The notes under the pieces are model-generated. The model saw only the letters and a program-made list of their open reading frames with translations, made no database searches and was not told the origin of the DNA. DNA of 64,000 bases. It comes from Deltaproteobacteria bacterium HGW-Deltaproteobacteria-19. Its GTDB lineage: Bacteria; Desulfobacterota; Syntrophia; Syntrophales; PHBD01. Below are positions 54,110 through 64,000 of this stretch, piece after piece. How positions within the stretch are numbered: position 1 is the first letter of the stretch; each line of letters opens with the position of its first letter. The stretch covers positions 151,001-215,000 of the forward strand of contig PHBD01000001.1 in the NCBI GenBank assembly GCA_002841865.1, written 5' to 3'. The position numbers and the translations under genes were made by a program.

Positions 54110-55578
54110 AGAATCATTCCAACGGACTGCAGAACATCCGGGAAGAAGCACAGGACGGCCACCGGTTTTATCAGACTCGCTCCTCGCATTGGGACAGTGT
54201 TGCTCAAACTGGCAATCCTCCGGGGCATGGCTGGGGAGGCGCTTATCGCTCCCGTCTTTCCGAGGTCTATCGCTTCCTGATTCCGCCCGGTTCCAAGGTT
54301 CTGGAACTGGGATGCGGCCAGGGAGACCTGCTCGCTTCCGTCCGTCCCGCCCGGGGGGTAGGGGTTGATTTCTCCGCTGCCATGCTTGAACGGGGGAGAC
54401 AGCGCCACCCGGAAATCCATTTTGTCTGCGAGGACATCCACAGTCTGAAGCTGGACGAGACTTTTGATTTCATCATTATTTCCGATCTCCTGAACGATCT
54501 CTGGGATGTCCAACAGGTATTTGAAGTCGTCCGGCCGAACTGTCACTCCCGAACGCGGGTCGTGATCAACCTGTACAGCCACCTTTGGGAGAAACCGTTG
54601 GAATTTGTCCAGAAATGGGGGTTGGCCACTCCCACTCTCCCGCAGAACTGGCTGACCGTCGAGGACGTGGCTAATCTGCTCTATCTGACTGATTTCGAGA
54701 TGATCCGCTCCTGGCCTGAAATTCTCTGGCCCTTTCGCATTCCCCTGTTCTCGTCGCTTCTCAACCGCTATGCGGTGAGGTTCTGGCCTTTCCGCTGGTT
54801 CGCCCTGACAAATTTTCTCATTGCACGGCCATGCTCCAATGACGCAGCACCGGATCCTGCTCCCCTTGTGTCGGTTATCGTCCCGGCACGGAACGAGGCG
54901 GGCAATGTCCCGCGCATCTTTTCCCGTACACCGGAAATGGGCCGGGGAATCGAGTTGGTCTTCGTCGAGGGACATTCCCGGGATGGAACTTACGAGGCAA
55001 TCGAGAAGGCCATTGCCGAAAACCCGCATCGTCGCTGCCAGCTCCATCGCCAGACGGGGGCCGGAAAGGGTGATGCCGTCCGTCTCGGTTTTTCCAAGGC
55101 GACGGGAGATGTCCTGATGATCCTGGATGCAGACCTCACGGTGCCCCCGGAAGACCTGCCCCGCTTTCTCGCAGCCCTCACATCGGGCAAGGCGGAATTT
55201 GTCAACGGGGTTCGTCTTGTCTATCCCATGGAAAACAGGGCGATGCGCTTTTTCAATCTCCTGGGAAACAAGTTTTTCAGCCTGACCTTTTCCTGGCTCC
55301 TTGGACAGTCGATCAAAGACACTCTCTGTGGAACCAAGGTCCTGAAAAGGGAAGAGTACGGACGAATTGAACAGAACCGATCCTATTTCGGAGACTTTGA
55401 CCCCTTCGGCGATTTTGACCTGATTTTCGGTGCTGCAAAGCTGAACCTGAAGATCGTCGATCTGCCGGTGAGATACCGGGAGCGGACTTACGGCACCACC
55501 CAGATCCAGCGCTGGAGTCATGGCTGGCTTCTGCTCAAAATGGTTGCGTTCGCCGCCCGGAGAATCAAATTCATCTAA
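54106..55578 (+). CDS. Fusion of class I SAM methyltransferase and GT2 (polyprenol-P glycosyltransferase-like)
   Basis: VLELGCGQG, GVGVDFS in the N-half; VIVPARNEAGN, VEGHSRDGT, GKGDAV, ILDADL, DTLCGTK in the C-half. Confidence 0.9.
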   Translation: MKNHSNGLQNIREEAQDGHRFYQTRSSHWDSVAQTGNPPGHGWGGAYRSRLSEVYRFLIPPGSKVLELGCGQGDLLASVRPARGVGVDFSAAMLERGRQRHPEIHFVCEDIHSLKLDETFDFIIISDLLNDLWDVQQVFEVVRPNCHSRTRVVINLYSHLWEKPLEFVQKWGLATPTLPQNWLTVEDVANLLYLTDFEMIRSWPEILWPFRIPLFSSLLNRYAVRFWPFRWFALTNFLIARPCSNDAAPDPAPLVSVIVPARNEAGNVPRIFSRTPEMGRGIELVFVEGHSRDGTYEAIEKAIAENPHRRCQLHRQTGAGKGDAVRLGFSKATGDVLMILDADLTVPPEDLPRFLAALTSGKAEFVNGVRLVYPMENRAMRFFNLLGNKFFSLTFSWLLGQSIKDTLCGTKVLKREEYGRIEQNRSYFGDFDPFGDFDLIFGAAKLNLKIVDLPVRYRERTYGTTQIQRWSHGWLLLKMVAFAARRIKFI

Positions 55579-55592
55579 TTTCGGCATGCCGG

Positions 55593-56390
55593 ATGATCAA
55601 GAATCTCTTCCTTCATCCCCTGGCTCGAGGCCTGGATGTCGATGATCCCGCGACGACAGAGGTCAGGCGGAGAATCATCCGGAGCAAACCGTTTTTGCGG
55701 CGTCTTTATGACGAATGGTATGAGAGCATCGTGGCCGGTCTACCCGACGTGGACGGCCCGGTCGTCGAATTGGGTTCAGGAGCAGGCCACCTGGAAGAGT
55801 TTCTTCCCGGCGTTGTCAAATCGGAGATCCTGACCTGTCCTCATGTGGCTGTTGTTCTGGACGCGGGGTTTCTTCCTTTTGCCGATGCATCGCTGCGAGC
55901 GCTCACCATGACAGACGTGTTTCATCATCTTCCCAAACCGGAGGCTTTCCTCCGGGAGGCGGTTCGTTGTCTCCGGCCCGGCGGATCGGTCGTCATGATT
56001 GAACCGTGGGTCACTTCCTGGTCCCGATTTGTCTATCGCCGCCTTCATCCCGAGCCTTTCGATCCGGATGCTCAATCCTGGGAGTTCCCAAGCAGCGGAC
56101 CTCTCTCGGGGGCCAACTCCGCCCTGCCCTGGATCGTCTTCAACCGTGACAGGGACCGCTTTCACACCGAGTTTCCTCTGCTCCGGATTGAAAGCGTCGA
56201 TCCAATGATGCCCGTTCGATATCTCCTCTCCGGGGGCGTCTCCCTGAGAGGCCTCCAGCCCGGATGGACATTCCCGTTATGGCGTTCCCTGGAGCGAGCG
56301 CTGAAGCCGTATTGGCCGGCCATGGCCATGTTTGCCCGGATCGTCATCAGGCGGACCGACGGAGAGAATACGAGGGGAGGGAAAGGATGA
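55593..56390 (+). CDS. Class I SAM-dependent methyltransferase
   Basis: [28 protein letters not shown]. Confidence 0.9.
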   Translation: MIKNLFLHPLARGLDVDDPATTEVRRRIIRSKPFLRRLYDEWYESIVAGLPDVDGPVVELGSGAGHLEEFLPGVVKSEILTCPHVAVVLDAGFLPFADASLRALTMTDVFHHLPKPEAFLREAVRCLRPGGSVVMIEPWVTSWSRFVYRRLHPEPFDPDAQSWEFPSSGPLSGANSALPWIVFNRDRDRFHTEFPLLRIESVDPMMPVRYLLSGGVSLRGLQPGWTFPLWRSLERALKPYWPAMAMFARIVIRRTDGENTRGGKG

Positions 56391-56968
56391 AGGAGAAGAC
56401 CCGTGGACCGCTCGGGCGGTTTCTGAAAAAATACGGATCCCACGCCCTTCACCTCTGGTTCGAGGAATATGGAGGCTGGATCACTCGCAACCTGCCTTCC
56501 CTTGAGGGAATGGCGATCCGCTATGCCCTGTACCGCTCGCTGTTCAAAAGACTTCCCTCCTTTCCCCTCATCTACCCAGGCGTTTATTTCACCCATACCT
56601 ACGGCCTCATCGTTGGACATCGATTCTCCGTAAACACGGGGGCACTTCTGGACGGGAGGGGAGGCATCACGATCGGCGACGGAGTCATGATCGGCCCATT
56701 TGCCGTCATCGTGTCTTCGGATCATGAACTCGGCCGGCCGGGGATTCCCATAACGTCCAGGGACCATGTCCTATCGCCGGTGGCGATCGGGGACGACGTG
56801 TTGATCGGGGCCCATGCGGTAATTCTCAAGGGCGTGACGATCGGCTGCGGAGCCGTCGTGGCCGCCGGCGCCGTCGTGTCATCCGACGTTGAACCTTATG
56901 CGGTTGTGGCCGGAATTCCGGCAAAGATCATCGAGAGCAGAATGCCTTCCAGGGAGGAATCGGAATGA
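56387..56968 (+). CDS. Hexapeptide-repeat O-acetyltransferase (maltose/galactoside acetyltransferase-like)
   Basis: [50 protein letters not shown]; ATG 56387 overlaps upstream stop. Confidence 0.92.
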   Translation: MKEKTRGPLGRFLKKYGSHALHLWFEEYGGWITRNLPSLEGMAIRYALYRSLFKRLPSFPLIYPGVYFTHTYGLIVGHRFSVNTGALLDGRGGITIGDGVMIGPFAVIVSSDHELGRPGIPITSRDHVLSPVAIGDDVLIGAHAVILKGVTIGCGAVVAAGAVVSSDVEPYAVVAGIPAKIIESRMPSREESE

Positions 56969-58092
56969 CCGAGGAACCGAATCAGCAGGGGAAGCAAAGC
57001 GTTTCCCCGCCTTCTACCCGCAACAGGGTGCGGGTAGGGATGCTGAATGTTCTTCTTCTTGCGGCGACGCTGTTTATAGGTTTGATTTTCATCGACTGGT
57101 TCAGCACGCTCTTTATCGACAGCCGCTCCCCATTTGAGCGCATGTTCCCGGTGGAGCAGACGAGGCATCCCGAACCCTTCATCATGTTCAAGGGAAAGCC
57201 CGGAGGAGGGCACAACGATCTTGGATACAGGGGAAGATCCCCGGCCAAGGCGCAGACGGGGAGCTATCGCATATTCTTCCTCGGGGGCTCAACTGCATAT
57301 GACGGAGAGCCGCCCATCGCGGAACTGATTGAAAAACGGTTCCATGAGATGGGGGCGAAAAATGTGGAGGTGTTCAACTTCGGCGTTGTCAGTTCCAATT
57401 CCGGGATGGAACTTGCCCGCGTCGCACATGAGGTCCTGGATTACAGGCCCGACTTCGTCATTTTTTACAACGGGGGCAACGATCTTATCTCTCCTCTCGG
57501 CTGGGACCCGCGTCCTGGATATCCATTCAATTTCATGGCTTATGAGAAAAATCCCCTGATTGAAACCCGCCGGCAGTATAGCCTCACGAAATCCATTGCC
57601 CTGGGAAGCAACCTGTTCCGGATCGCCGCTGCCCGCTATCCTTTCCTTAATGAATGGCTCCTGGGCCAGGAGGAACTCCGGAAGCAGGCCGGTTTCGAGA
57701 CAGCCCCCTGGAAGGAACAGATCGTCGCCGCCTACCTGGGAAACGCAATGAAGGCCCAGACGGCCCTCTCCGGCGCCGACGCCCGCTTTGCCGCATTTTT
57801 CCAGCCCCTGATTTATTACAAGGACCACCTGGGAGCGAAGGAAAAACCTCTCTGCGCCGAACAGGGGCGGTCTTATTACGAAGAGATGAGGGGAATGGTG
57901 CGGTCGATGCGCCAGGAGCGCTTTCCCACCCTGAATTTCTTTGATGTCAGCGACATTTATGATACAGAGCGTGGCGACGTTTTTACAGATATTATTCACA
58001 CAACCCAGGAGGGGCGGATGGCCATGGCCGGAATGATCTTTGACCGGATTGCCGCGGACGCCCTCCGGGACATAAAGAGGAAAGGCAAATGA
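56965..58092 (+). CDS. SGNH/GDSL hydrolase family membrane-anchored protein
   Basis: N-terminal TM; FFLGGSTA (block I), NFGV (II), YNGGND (III), DIIH (V). Confidence 0.85.
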   Translation: MTEEPNQQGKQSVSPPSTRNRVRVGMLNVLLLAATLFIGLIFIDWFSTLFIDSRSPFERMFPVEQTRHPEPFIMFKGKPGGGHNDLGYRGRSPAKAQTGSYRIFFLGGSTAYDGEPPIAELIEKRFHEMGAKNVEVFNFGVVSSNSGMELARVAHEVLDYRPDFVIFYNGGNDLISPLGWDPRPGYPFNFMAYEKNPLIETRRQYSLTKSIALGSNLFRIAAARYPFLNEWLLGQEELRKQAGFETAPWKEQIVAAYLGNAMKAQTALSGADARFAAFFQPLIYYKDHLGAKEKPLCAEQGRSYYEEMRGMVRSMRQERFPTLNFFDVSDIYDTERGDVFTDIIHTTQEGRMAMAGMIFDRIAADALRDIKRKGK

Positions 58093-59909
58093 CAGCATCG
58101 AGAAAGAATGGGGCAGCGGGAAAACGGCTGATGTCGGGAAACGAAGCCATCGCCCGCGGTGCATATGAATGCGGAGTCCGCTTCGGTTCCGGTTATCCCG
58201 GAACTCCGAGTACGGAGATCATGGAAGAGTTCGCCCGGTATGAAGGCGTGTATGCCGAATGGTCCCCCAATGAAAAGGTGGCCCTGGAAGTGGGGATCGG
58301 TGCCGCCCTGGCCGGGGCGAGGGCCCTTGTGACCATGAAGCATGTCGGTGTAAATGTTGCCGCCGATCCTCTCTTCACCGTCAGTTATACCGGAACGAAC
58401 GGAGCCCTGGTGATCGTCTCCGCCGACGACCCGTCGCTTCACAGTTCGCAGAACGAGCAGGACAACCGGAATTACGCGAAATTCGCCAAGATCCCGATGC
58501 TCGAGCCGGCTGACTCAGAGGAGGCGCGGCAATTCATCAAGATCGCTTTTGAAATGAGCGAACGATTCGACACGCCGGTGTTCCTGCGATCCGTGACGAG
58601 ACTCTCCCATTCCAAGGCAGTCGTAACGCCCGAAGATCCAGTCCCGGTGGAAGACCGCACAGCCATTAACATCAACGCCGCCAAGTATGTCATGGTCCCC
58701 TTCAACGCCCGGGTCCGGCGCGTGGAAGTGGAAAAAAGAATGAATGCCCTCCGGGAATTCGCCGAGACGTTCCCGGAGAACCGAATGGAAATCAACGATC
58801 CAGAAGTGGGTATCATCACGGCCGGCATGTGCTACCACTATGCGAAGGCCGCCTTTCGCGATTATTCCTATCTGAAGCTGGGGATGGTATACCCGCTCCC
58901 GGTGGGCATGATCCGTGAGTTCGCCCGAAAGGTGAAAAAGATCTACGTGCTGGAGGAGATGGATCCGTTCTTCGAAGAGCAGATCAAAGCCCTCGGCATT
59001 TCCGTGATCGGAAAGGAGATTTTCCCCTATACCGGCGAGTTCGATCCGGGAATCGTACAGACGGCCATTTCCGGTACAAAACCGGAATCCATCTCTTGCC
59101 CCGTCGACATTCCTCCCCGGCCGCCCAACCTCTGTCCCGGTTGTCCCCACCGCGGACTCTTCCACGTCCTGAGCCGCCTGAAGACCTTCGTTACGGGGGA
59201 CATCGGCTGTTATACACTTTCATTCATGAAACCTCTCGAGGGACTGCATTCCTGCATCTGCATGGGCGCCAGCATCGGCATGGCCCACGGAATGAGCAAG
59301 GCCCTGGGAGAGAAGGGAAGGGGAAAGATCGTCGGCGTGATCGGCGATTCCACCTTCCTTCACAGCGGCATCACGCCCCTTCTTAACCTGGCCTACAACA
59401 AAGGGGATGCGGTGATCGTCATCTGCGACAACCGGACGACCGCCATGACAGGCATGCAGGAGCATCCGGGGACCGGTTATACCCTGCAGGGGGAGAAAAC
59501 AAAGCCGGTGGACCTCAAGGCACTGATCACCGCGCTGGGCATCGATTCCGTCAGGGTCGTGGATCCCTATGACCTGAAGGTGACTCGCGCGGTTCTCAAG
59601 GAAGAGCTCGACCGGCCGGGACCTTCCGTTGTCATCTCCCAGCGGGCCTGTGTTTTGTTCAAGCGGGAAGCGAAGGCCGCACGCAAGCCCCTGCGGGTGA
59701 ACCCGGACAAGTGCATCGGCTGCCGGTCCTGCATCGGCCTGGGTTGTCCGCCCATCGCCTGGCGCAATTTCTCGGAGTTGCCCCCGGAGCAGGTGAAGAA
59801 AAACGCCAAGAAGCAGGACGGAATGGCTGTCATCGATGGAACCCTCTGCAACGGCTGCACGGTCTGTCAGCAGTTGTGCAAGGTCGGGGCCATTGTCGAG
59901 GAGGACTGA
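58089..59909 (+). CDS. iorA: Indolepyruvate:ferredoxin oxidoreductase alpha subunit
   Basis: MSGNEAIARGA, GYPGTPSTE, NEKVALE, MKHVG.NVAADP, RPPNLCPGCPHR, GDIGCY, IGDSTF.HSG, DNRTTAMTG, C-terminal 2x[4Fe-4S]. Confidence 0.96.
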   Translation: MTASRKNGAAGKRLMSGNEAIARGAYECGVRFGSGYPGTPSTEIMEEFARYEGVYAEWSPNEKVALEVGIGAALAGARALVTMKHVGVNVAADPLFTVSYTGTNGALVIVSADDPSLHSSQNEQDNRNYAKFAKIPMLEPADSEEARQFIKIAFEMSERFDTPVFLRSVTRLSHSKAVVTPEDPVPVEDRTAININAAKYVMVPFNARVRRVEVEKRMNALREFAETFPENRMEINDPEVGIITAGMCYHYAKAAFRDYSYLKLGMVYPLPVGMIREFARKVKKIYVLEEMDPFFEEQIKALGISVIGKEIFPYTGEFDPGIVQTAISGTKPESISCPVDIPPRPPNLCPGCPHRGLFHVLSRLKTFVTGDIGCYTLSFMKPLEGLHSCICMGASIGMAHGMSKALGEKGRGKIVGVIGDSTFLHSGITPLLNLAYNKGDAVIVICDNRTTAMTGMQEHPGTGYTLQGEKTKPVDLKALITALGIDSVRVVDPYDLKVTRAVLKEELDRPGPSVVISQRACVLFKREAKAARKPLRVNPDKCIGCRSCIGLGCPPIAWRNFSELPPEQVKKNAKKQDGMAVIDGTLCNGCTVCQQLCKVGAIVEED

Positions 59910-59912
59910 CGG

Positions 59913-60491
59913 ATGAAAAGCGAAGTCAAAAGCATTCTCATGGCCGGCGTGGGCGGGCAGGGCGTCCTCCGGGCGAGTGATATCCTCTGCCAGGTGATGA
60001 TGGATTCGGGACTGGACGTGAAAAAGAGCGAAGTCCACGGCATGGCCCAGCGGGGTGGATGCGTTACAAGCCACGTCCGCTATGGGCAAAAGGTCCATTC
60101 CCCTCTGGCGAAAAAGGGGGATGTGGAGATCCTGCTGGCCTTCGAAAAACTGGAGACGCTGCGCTACCTGGATTACCTGAAACCGGGCGGCATCGTCATC
60201 ATCAACGATGAAGAGATGAATCCGCCGTCCGTCAACCTGGGGGCGGCGGCATATCCGGAAACCGTGGTTCCCATCGTCCGGGAACGTTTTCCATCGGTTA
60301 TCGTGGTCAACGCCCCGGAACTTGCCGACCGGGCCGGCAACCGCCGGGCTGTCAATACGGTTCTCCTCGGGGTCCTGTCGAAATATCTCAAAATCGAAGA
60401 GCAGCAATGGGAAAAGGGTATCCGCGATTCCTTTCCGCCAAAGACCGTAGACGCCAATATCAAGGCATTTCACCTGGGCAGGGGCATATAA
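59913..60491 (+). CDS. iorB: Indolepyruvate:ferredoxin oxidoreductase beta subunit
   Basis: GVGGQG, SEVHGMAQRGG.V.SHVR, AFEKLE.LR, N.VLLG. Confidence 0.96.
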   Translation: MKSEVKSILMAGVGGQGVLRASDILCQVMMDSGLDVKKSEVHGMAQRGGCVTSHVRYGQKVHSPLAKKGDVEILLAFEKLETLRYLDYLKPGGIVIINDEEMNPPSVNLGAAAYPETVVPIVRERFPSVIVVNAPELADRAGNRRAVNTVLLGVLSKYLKIEEQQWEKGIRDSFPPKTVDANIKAFHLGRGI

Positions 60492-60594
60492 TCGTATTCC
60501 TATTTGCTTTGACGTAACTCTTCCCACACGTTCTTACCGGGAAAGCGAACGTTGCGACGGTAGTGTCACAACCATCGACGGTTAAAGGTCTTTC

Positions 60595-60622
60595 TTGACA
60601 AATTCAAGGCGATGGCTACTCT
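60595..60622 (+). promoter_or_regulatory. Candidate sigma70 promoter for the J-domain gene
   Basis: TTGACA-N16-TACTCT, 57 nt upstream of ATG 60679. Confidence 0.45.
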
Positions 60623-60678
60623 TGATCCAAAAAGAAGAAATCTTTTTCAGGTGGAAATAGAAGGCGCAGAGACTGAAC

Positions 60679-61623
60679 ATGGCGGATGACTACTACAAGA
60701 CCCTAGGGGTCGAAAAATCGGCCTCGGCGGAGGAGATCAAGAAGGCTTACCGGAAGCTGGCCCTGAAGTACCATCCGGACAGGAACCCCAACAACAAGGC
60801 CTCGGAAGAGAAGTTCAAGAAGATCAGTGAGGCCTATGCCGTCCTCAGTGACACGGAGAAAAAGCAGCAATACGACCAGTTCGGCTCTGACCAGTTCCGC
60901 CAGCGCTACTCCCAGGAGGATATTTTTCGGGGCGTCGATCTGGATGAAATTCTTCGCGGTTTCGGATTCGGGGGCTTTGGCCGGGGGGGTGCCAGGACCT
61001 ATCGAACCTCCACCAGGAGGGGAGGGGGATTCGGAGGCGCGGAAGCGGACCCGTTTGCCGATCTGTTTGGTGGCGGCCAAGGATACTCGAATATACCCCA
61101 GCAGGGCCAGGACCTGGAGTACAATCTGGCCATAACGTTGGAAGAATCTGTGTTCGGTGCGGAGAAGAAAGTCGCCGTGCCCCACGATGGAAAAGTTGAG
61201 GAGATCAACATCCGCATCCCTGCCGGCATCGCCGCCGGTAAGAAGCTGCGCTTGGCAGGGAAGGGCTCTCCCGGCGCCCTCGGAGGCCACCCGGGCGACC
61301 TCTATCTCCATATTTCACTCTTGCCGCACCCGATCTTCGCCCGGGACGGGAATGACATCTACCTGGAAAAAACCGTTACCTTCACACAGGCGGCACTCGG
61401 GTTCACCGTCGATGTGCCGACCCTGGACGGTACAACCAAGCGGATCAAGATTCCCCCGGGAACCCAGAACAACACGAAAATCCGTATGAAAGGGTATGGC
61501 GTGCCCCTTTTGAAAAGCGCAGGGAAGGGCGATCAGTTCGTCAAGATCAGCATCCAGGTTCCCAAAAACCTGACGGACCGGCAGCTTCAACTCCTTAAAA
61601 AGCTGGCCGAAGAAGGGATGTAG
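60679..61623 (+). CDS. Class B J-domain protein (DnaJ/CbpA-like, no zinc finger)
   Basis: DYY..LGV, HPD, G/F-rich linker, DnaJ C-terminal domains; no CxxCxGxG repeats. Confidence 0.95.
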   Translation: MADDYYKTLGVEKSASAEEIKKAYRKLALKYHPDRNPNNKASEEKFKKISEAYAVLSDTEKKQQYDQFGSDQFRQRYSQEDIFRGVDLDEILRGFGFGGFGRGGARTYRTSTRRGGGFGGAEADPFADLFGGGQGYSNIPQQGQDLEYNLAITLEESVFGAEKKVAVPHDGKVEEINIRIPAGIAAGKKLRLAGKGSPGALGGHPGDLYLHISLLPHPIFARDGNDIYLEKTVTFTQAALGFTVDVPTLDGTTKRIKIPPGTQNNTKIRMKGYGVPLLKSAGKGDQFVKISIQVPKNLTDRQLQLLKKLAEEGM

Positions 61624-61634
61624 GTGAACGCGAA

Positions 61635-62015
61635 ATGACGAGACGGCTATTGCTTTCGGGATTGATTGTTTTGACACTATATGCGGCGGGCTGTGCGGCC
61701 GTAGGGCGGACCCGCGATTTTCGTCCTATCGAGCAGTCGTCCCTTTCCCGCATTACACCGGGGGTAACGACGGGGGCAGAGGTCATCCGCCTGTTTGGGC
61801 CGCCGTCCCATCTTGTCAAGCTATCCAATGGTAATGCTTACATTTATTCAAGTAAACTGTCCAAGACAACAGGGCTTTGGCTGGCCATTGTCACATTCGT
61901 CAACATGGACACCCGCCAAGATCAAGTGGTGTTCTTCCTCAATGCCCAGGACGTGGTGACCCATCATGGCGCTTCTTTTCATGCCGCTGAGGCGTCCTAT
62001 GGCCTCCCGTTTTAA
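61635..62015 (+). CDS. Lipoprotein, BamE/SmpA-like
   Basis: Lipobox YAAG-C; I.PG.TT..EV..LFG.P...; V.FF....VV pattern. Confidence 0.75.
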   Translation: MTRRLLLSGLIVLTLYAAGCAAVGRTRDFRPIEQSSLSRITPGVTTGAEVIRLFGPPSHLVKLSNGNAYIYSSKLSKTTGLWLAIVTFVNMDTRQDQVVFFLNAQDVVTHHGASFHAAEASYGLPF

Positions 62016-62439
62016 ATTCTCTCTGCTCTTCATACTTGCCGCCGTCCTGATGACGGGCTGCTTTTCCTTCCGGGTCATGAATGCCCGGGAAGGAAATGAT
62101 GTCGCCGATCCGGGAAATCGTTTTCACCCCGGGAAAAGCAGCCTCACGGAAGTTCTCGCCGTCTATGGCGCACCTACGGAAATCCATCATCTTGGAAAGG
62201 AATTCCTTTTGATCTATGAGAGGATGCATTATCGTGGCGGACAGATAACCATGGGAATCCCGATGAGCGAAGTCATGCCCACCAGTATCAATCTCAGCGG
62301 CCATGGCGACCTGATCCGCTACGACACGGCCGCCTTCTTTTTTCGGCCTGATTCCGTTCTCATTCGGACTTCCTACGTTCAGGGAAGCTCCTATCCTTTT
62401 TGGGATACTTTCTGGAGCGACAAAACCGGCCGACCATAA
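61999..62439 (+). CDS. Lipoprotein, BamE/SmpA-like (second)
   Basis: Lipobox LMTG-C; F.PG.SS..EVL..YGAP; start at ATG 61999 gives a clean signal peptide. Confidence 0.65.
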   Translation: MASRFKFSLLFILAAVLMTGCFSFRVMNAREGNDVADPGNRFHPGKSSLTEVLAVYGAPTEIHHLGKEFLLIYERMHYRGGQITMGIPMSEVMPTSINLSGHGDLIRYDTAAFFFRPDSVLIRTSYVQGSSYPFWDTFWSDKTGRP

Positions 62440-62445
62440 TTCTTC

Positions 62446-63315
62446 CTATTTTTTATTTGTCAGATAAATACCGGATAGAATCAAAACTCCTCCCGATATC
62501 AACTCAGTCGTCATTTCTTCCTTAAGCACAATCACGCCAAGAATCACTGCCGTCAGTGGGATAACGTTGATGTAGATGGATGCTTTCCCTGAATCGACAC
62601 CGCTCAACCCCCAATTCCAGAAATAATATCCTCCTATAGAACAGACTAAGGTCAAATACAAAATGTTACCAAGTGTAGAAATTGAAATGTTTATGTATGT
62701 TGATCCCATCGACTCCAAGATCATAAGAGGAATCAAGAGAATAGTTCCATAAAAGAATGTGAAAGCGGTTATTTGGACAGGCGAGCGCGAAACCAGAAGT
62801 TTCTTCCCTATGACCGTGTATAACGAAAATGATATCATCGCAATGAAGATATAAATGTAGCCGACATTTAAACTGTCAAGTTCATATATATTGCAGTCTT
62901 TTAAAACAATTTGACATGCACCAAGCAAAGCTATTACAGCACCGAACCAATTGACCAACCTGTTTTTTTCTTTTAGGAATATTGTCGATAAGATCATAGT
63001 CGCCGCAGGAATCAAGGCAAGAATGAGGGACGCACTCGACGTAGATATATAAATCAAGGATACATTTTCAGCACAATAATAAATTGTTATTCCGAATAAT
63101 CCCAACAATAGTAGTTGAAATGTATCCAAAAAAAATAAGTTTATTTTTTCTTTTTTAATGAAGATAATAAAGAATAAAAGGCAGGACGATGCCAAAAGAA
63201 ATCTTATAAAAGCAATCGTTATGGGAGGAATACTGCCCAATAACAATTTCGTCGCCATGAACGATGTTCCCCAGATTACACCTGCTATTATTAATGACAA
63301 ATGATGCTTTATCAT
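62446..63315 (-). CDS. DMT/EamA family transporter, AT-rich gene
   Basis: About 10 TM in two EamA repeats (WGTSF, IAFIRF, LIPA, YTVIGK, GGYYFWNWGL, PLTAVILG...L.E); start MIKHH at 63315. Confidence 0.9.
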   Translation of the reverse strand: MIKHHLSLIIAGVIWGTSFMATKLLLGSIPPITIAFIRFLLASSCLLFFIIFIKKEKINLFFLDTFQLLLLGLFGITIYYCAENVSLIYISTSSASLILALIPAATMILSTIFLKEKNRLVNWFGAVIALLGACQIVLKDCNIYELDSLNVGYIYIFIAMISFSLYTVIGKKLLVSRSPVQITAFTFFYGTILLIPLMILESMGSTYINISISTLGNILYLTLVCSIGGYYFWNWGLSGVDSGKASIYINVIPLTAVILGVIVLKEEMTTELISGGVLILSGIYLTNKK

Positions 63316-63586
63316 CGTAGCGCTGATGTAGTTGAGGTAACTGGTCCATTGCAATACCTGATCATGTCTTAAATACAGCGGACTAATCGTTTGGTGTGGT
63401 CCCGACGGCACCCCCAACCGTCACCACATAACGTCCGATAAGATATATTATGTAAACCTGTCGACAGGATTTGTATTTGGACGATCCGAAACGATGGATT
63501 GATCTATCTCGGCAGGCAAATTTTACGGTTTGCGGGAAAAGCTGGTTCAGGAAGGAAGATCTTACCCAGGATGGATGTGGCATTTT

Positions 63587-64000
63587 TCAGCCCAGTTCCA
63601 CCTCGCCCCAAGCACCCATTCGATCGGCAATGATGATGACGACCCCGAGGACTCCGGGAATTTGCTTCGCCCTCTCGAGGCCTTTCTTTATCGTTGCAGG
63701 ATTTTGAACAAGGTTGCCGATGGATGTCGCTGCTGCATCGGCCAGGGCAGCCGACTTTGAGATAACCGTCACGGCATCCGCGCGACCTAGGCTGAGGCTC
63801 GGCCCCACGGTGCCAGATGAAGTGCAGATGCCAAGAGGAGTTCGTTCCGGACTGATTTTCAGAAATATCCTGTCGCTCAGCGGGGAAGCGCCGGCAAAAA
63901 GGCCGACCCGGACTTCCCTGTCCGTCCTGATATAGATGTCTCCGCCATTTTCAACAATGATGTTGGCGGATAATGGCAGCAGATCCTTGCCCACTCTTTC
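63587..64000 (-). CDS. UPF0280 family (ApbE-like) protein, C-terminal part; start outside the window
   Basis: IIVENGGDI, LFAG.SP, GICTSSGTVGPSLSLG.ADAV.V, ALADAAAT..GN. Confidence 0.9.
   Translation of the reverse strand, partial: ERVGKDLLPLSANIIVENGGDIYIRTDREVRVGLFAGASPLSDRIFLKISPERTPLGICTSSGTVGPSLSLGRADAVTVISKSAALADAAATSIGNLVQNPATIKKGLERAKQIPGVLGVVIIIADRMGAWGEVELG

Noticed and set aside
818-60527. Long antisense ORFs in the track (e.g. 818..2158+, 2506..3375+, 12618..15047-, 16566..17828-, 30532..32010-, 41068..42258-, 45618..46490-, 48554..49672-, 50020..51333-, 54043..55587-, 59220..60527-)
   Set aside because: They lie opposite well-supported genes, have no recognisable motifs or RBS, and are the expected shadow ORFs of GC-rich coding DNA.
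60492-60678. CIRCE/HrcA operator upstream of the DnaJ-like gene
   Set aside because: No TTAGCACTC-N9-GAGTGCTAA match seen.
1-64000. CRISPR arrays, rRNA genes, intact IS elements or prophage genes
   Set aside because: No regularly spaced repeats, rRNA-like sequence, transposase motifs or phage structural genes were recognised.

Overview
High-GC bacterial chromosomal window. Gene content and style (iorAB, cmk-rpsA-sppA, hom-apgM, DUF362/DUF2889, many REC-PAS-HD-GYP and Fe-S proteins) suggest an anaerobic deltaproteobacterium, probably Syntrophales-like (inference). The left part has tandem MTA/SAH-type deaminases, a tRNA-Leu(TAA) with a decayed integrase and a broken class III cyclase beside it, a ModE-like regulator, a Tat-exported divergent molybdopterin oxidoreductase operon, two HD-GYP response regulators, a PhaC-like synthase and a divergent RelA/SpoT-like protein. 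The most notable feature (31.8-42.2 kb) is an apparently complete synthase-dependent exopolysaccharide system: HEAT-repeat membrane protein, processive GT2 with QRRRW, TPR/beta-barrel exporter, CE4 deacetylase, TPR-glycoside hydrolase and a GH75 chitosanase-like protein, suggesting a partly deacetylated GlcNAc (PNAG- or chitosan-like) polymer. The right part is mostly housekeeping, plus a lipid-carrier glycosylation/modification cluster and an AT-rich EamA insert. No CRISPR array, rRNA or intact mobile element was seen. All family calls come from motif recognition by eye; no database searches were run.
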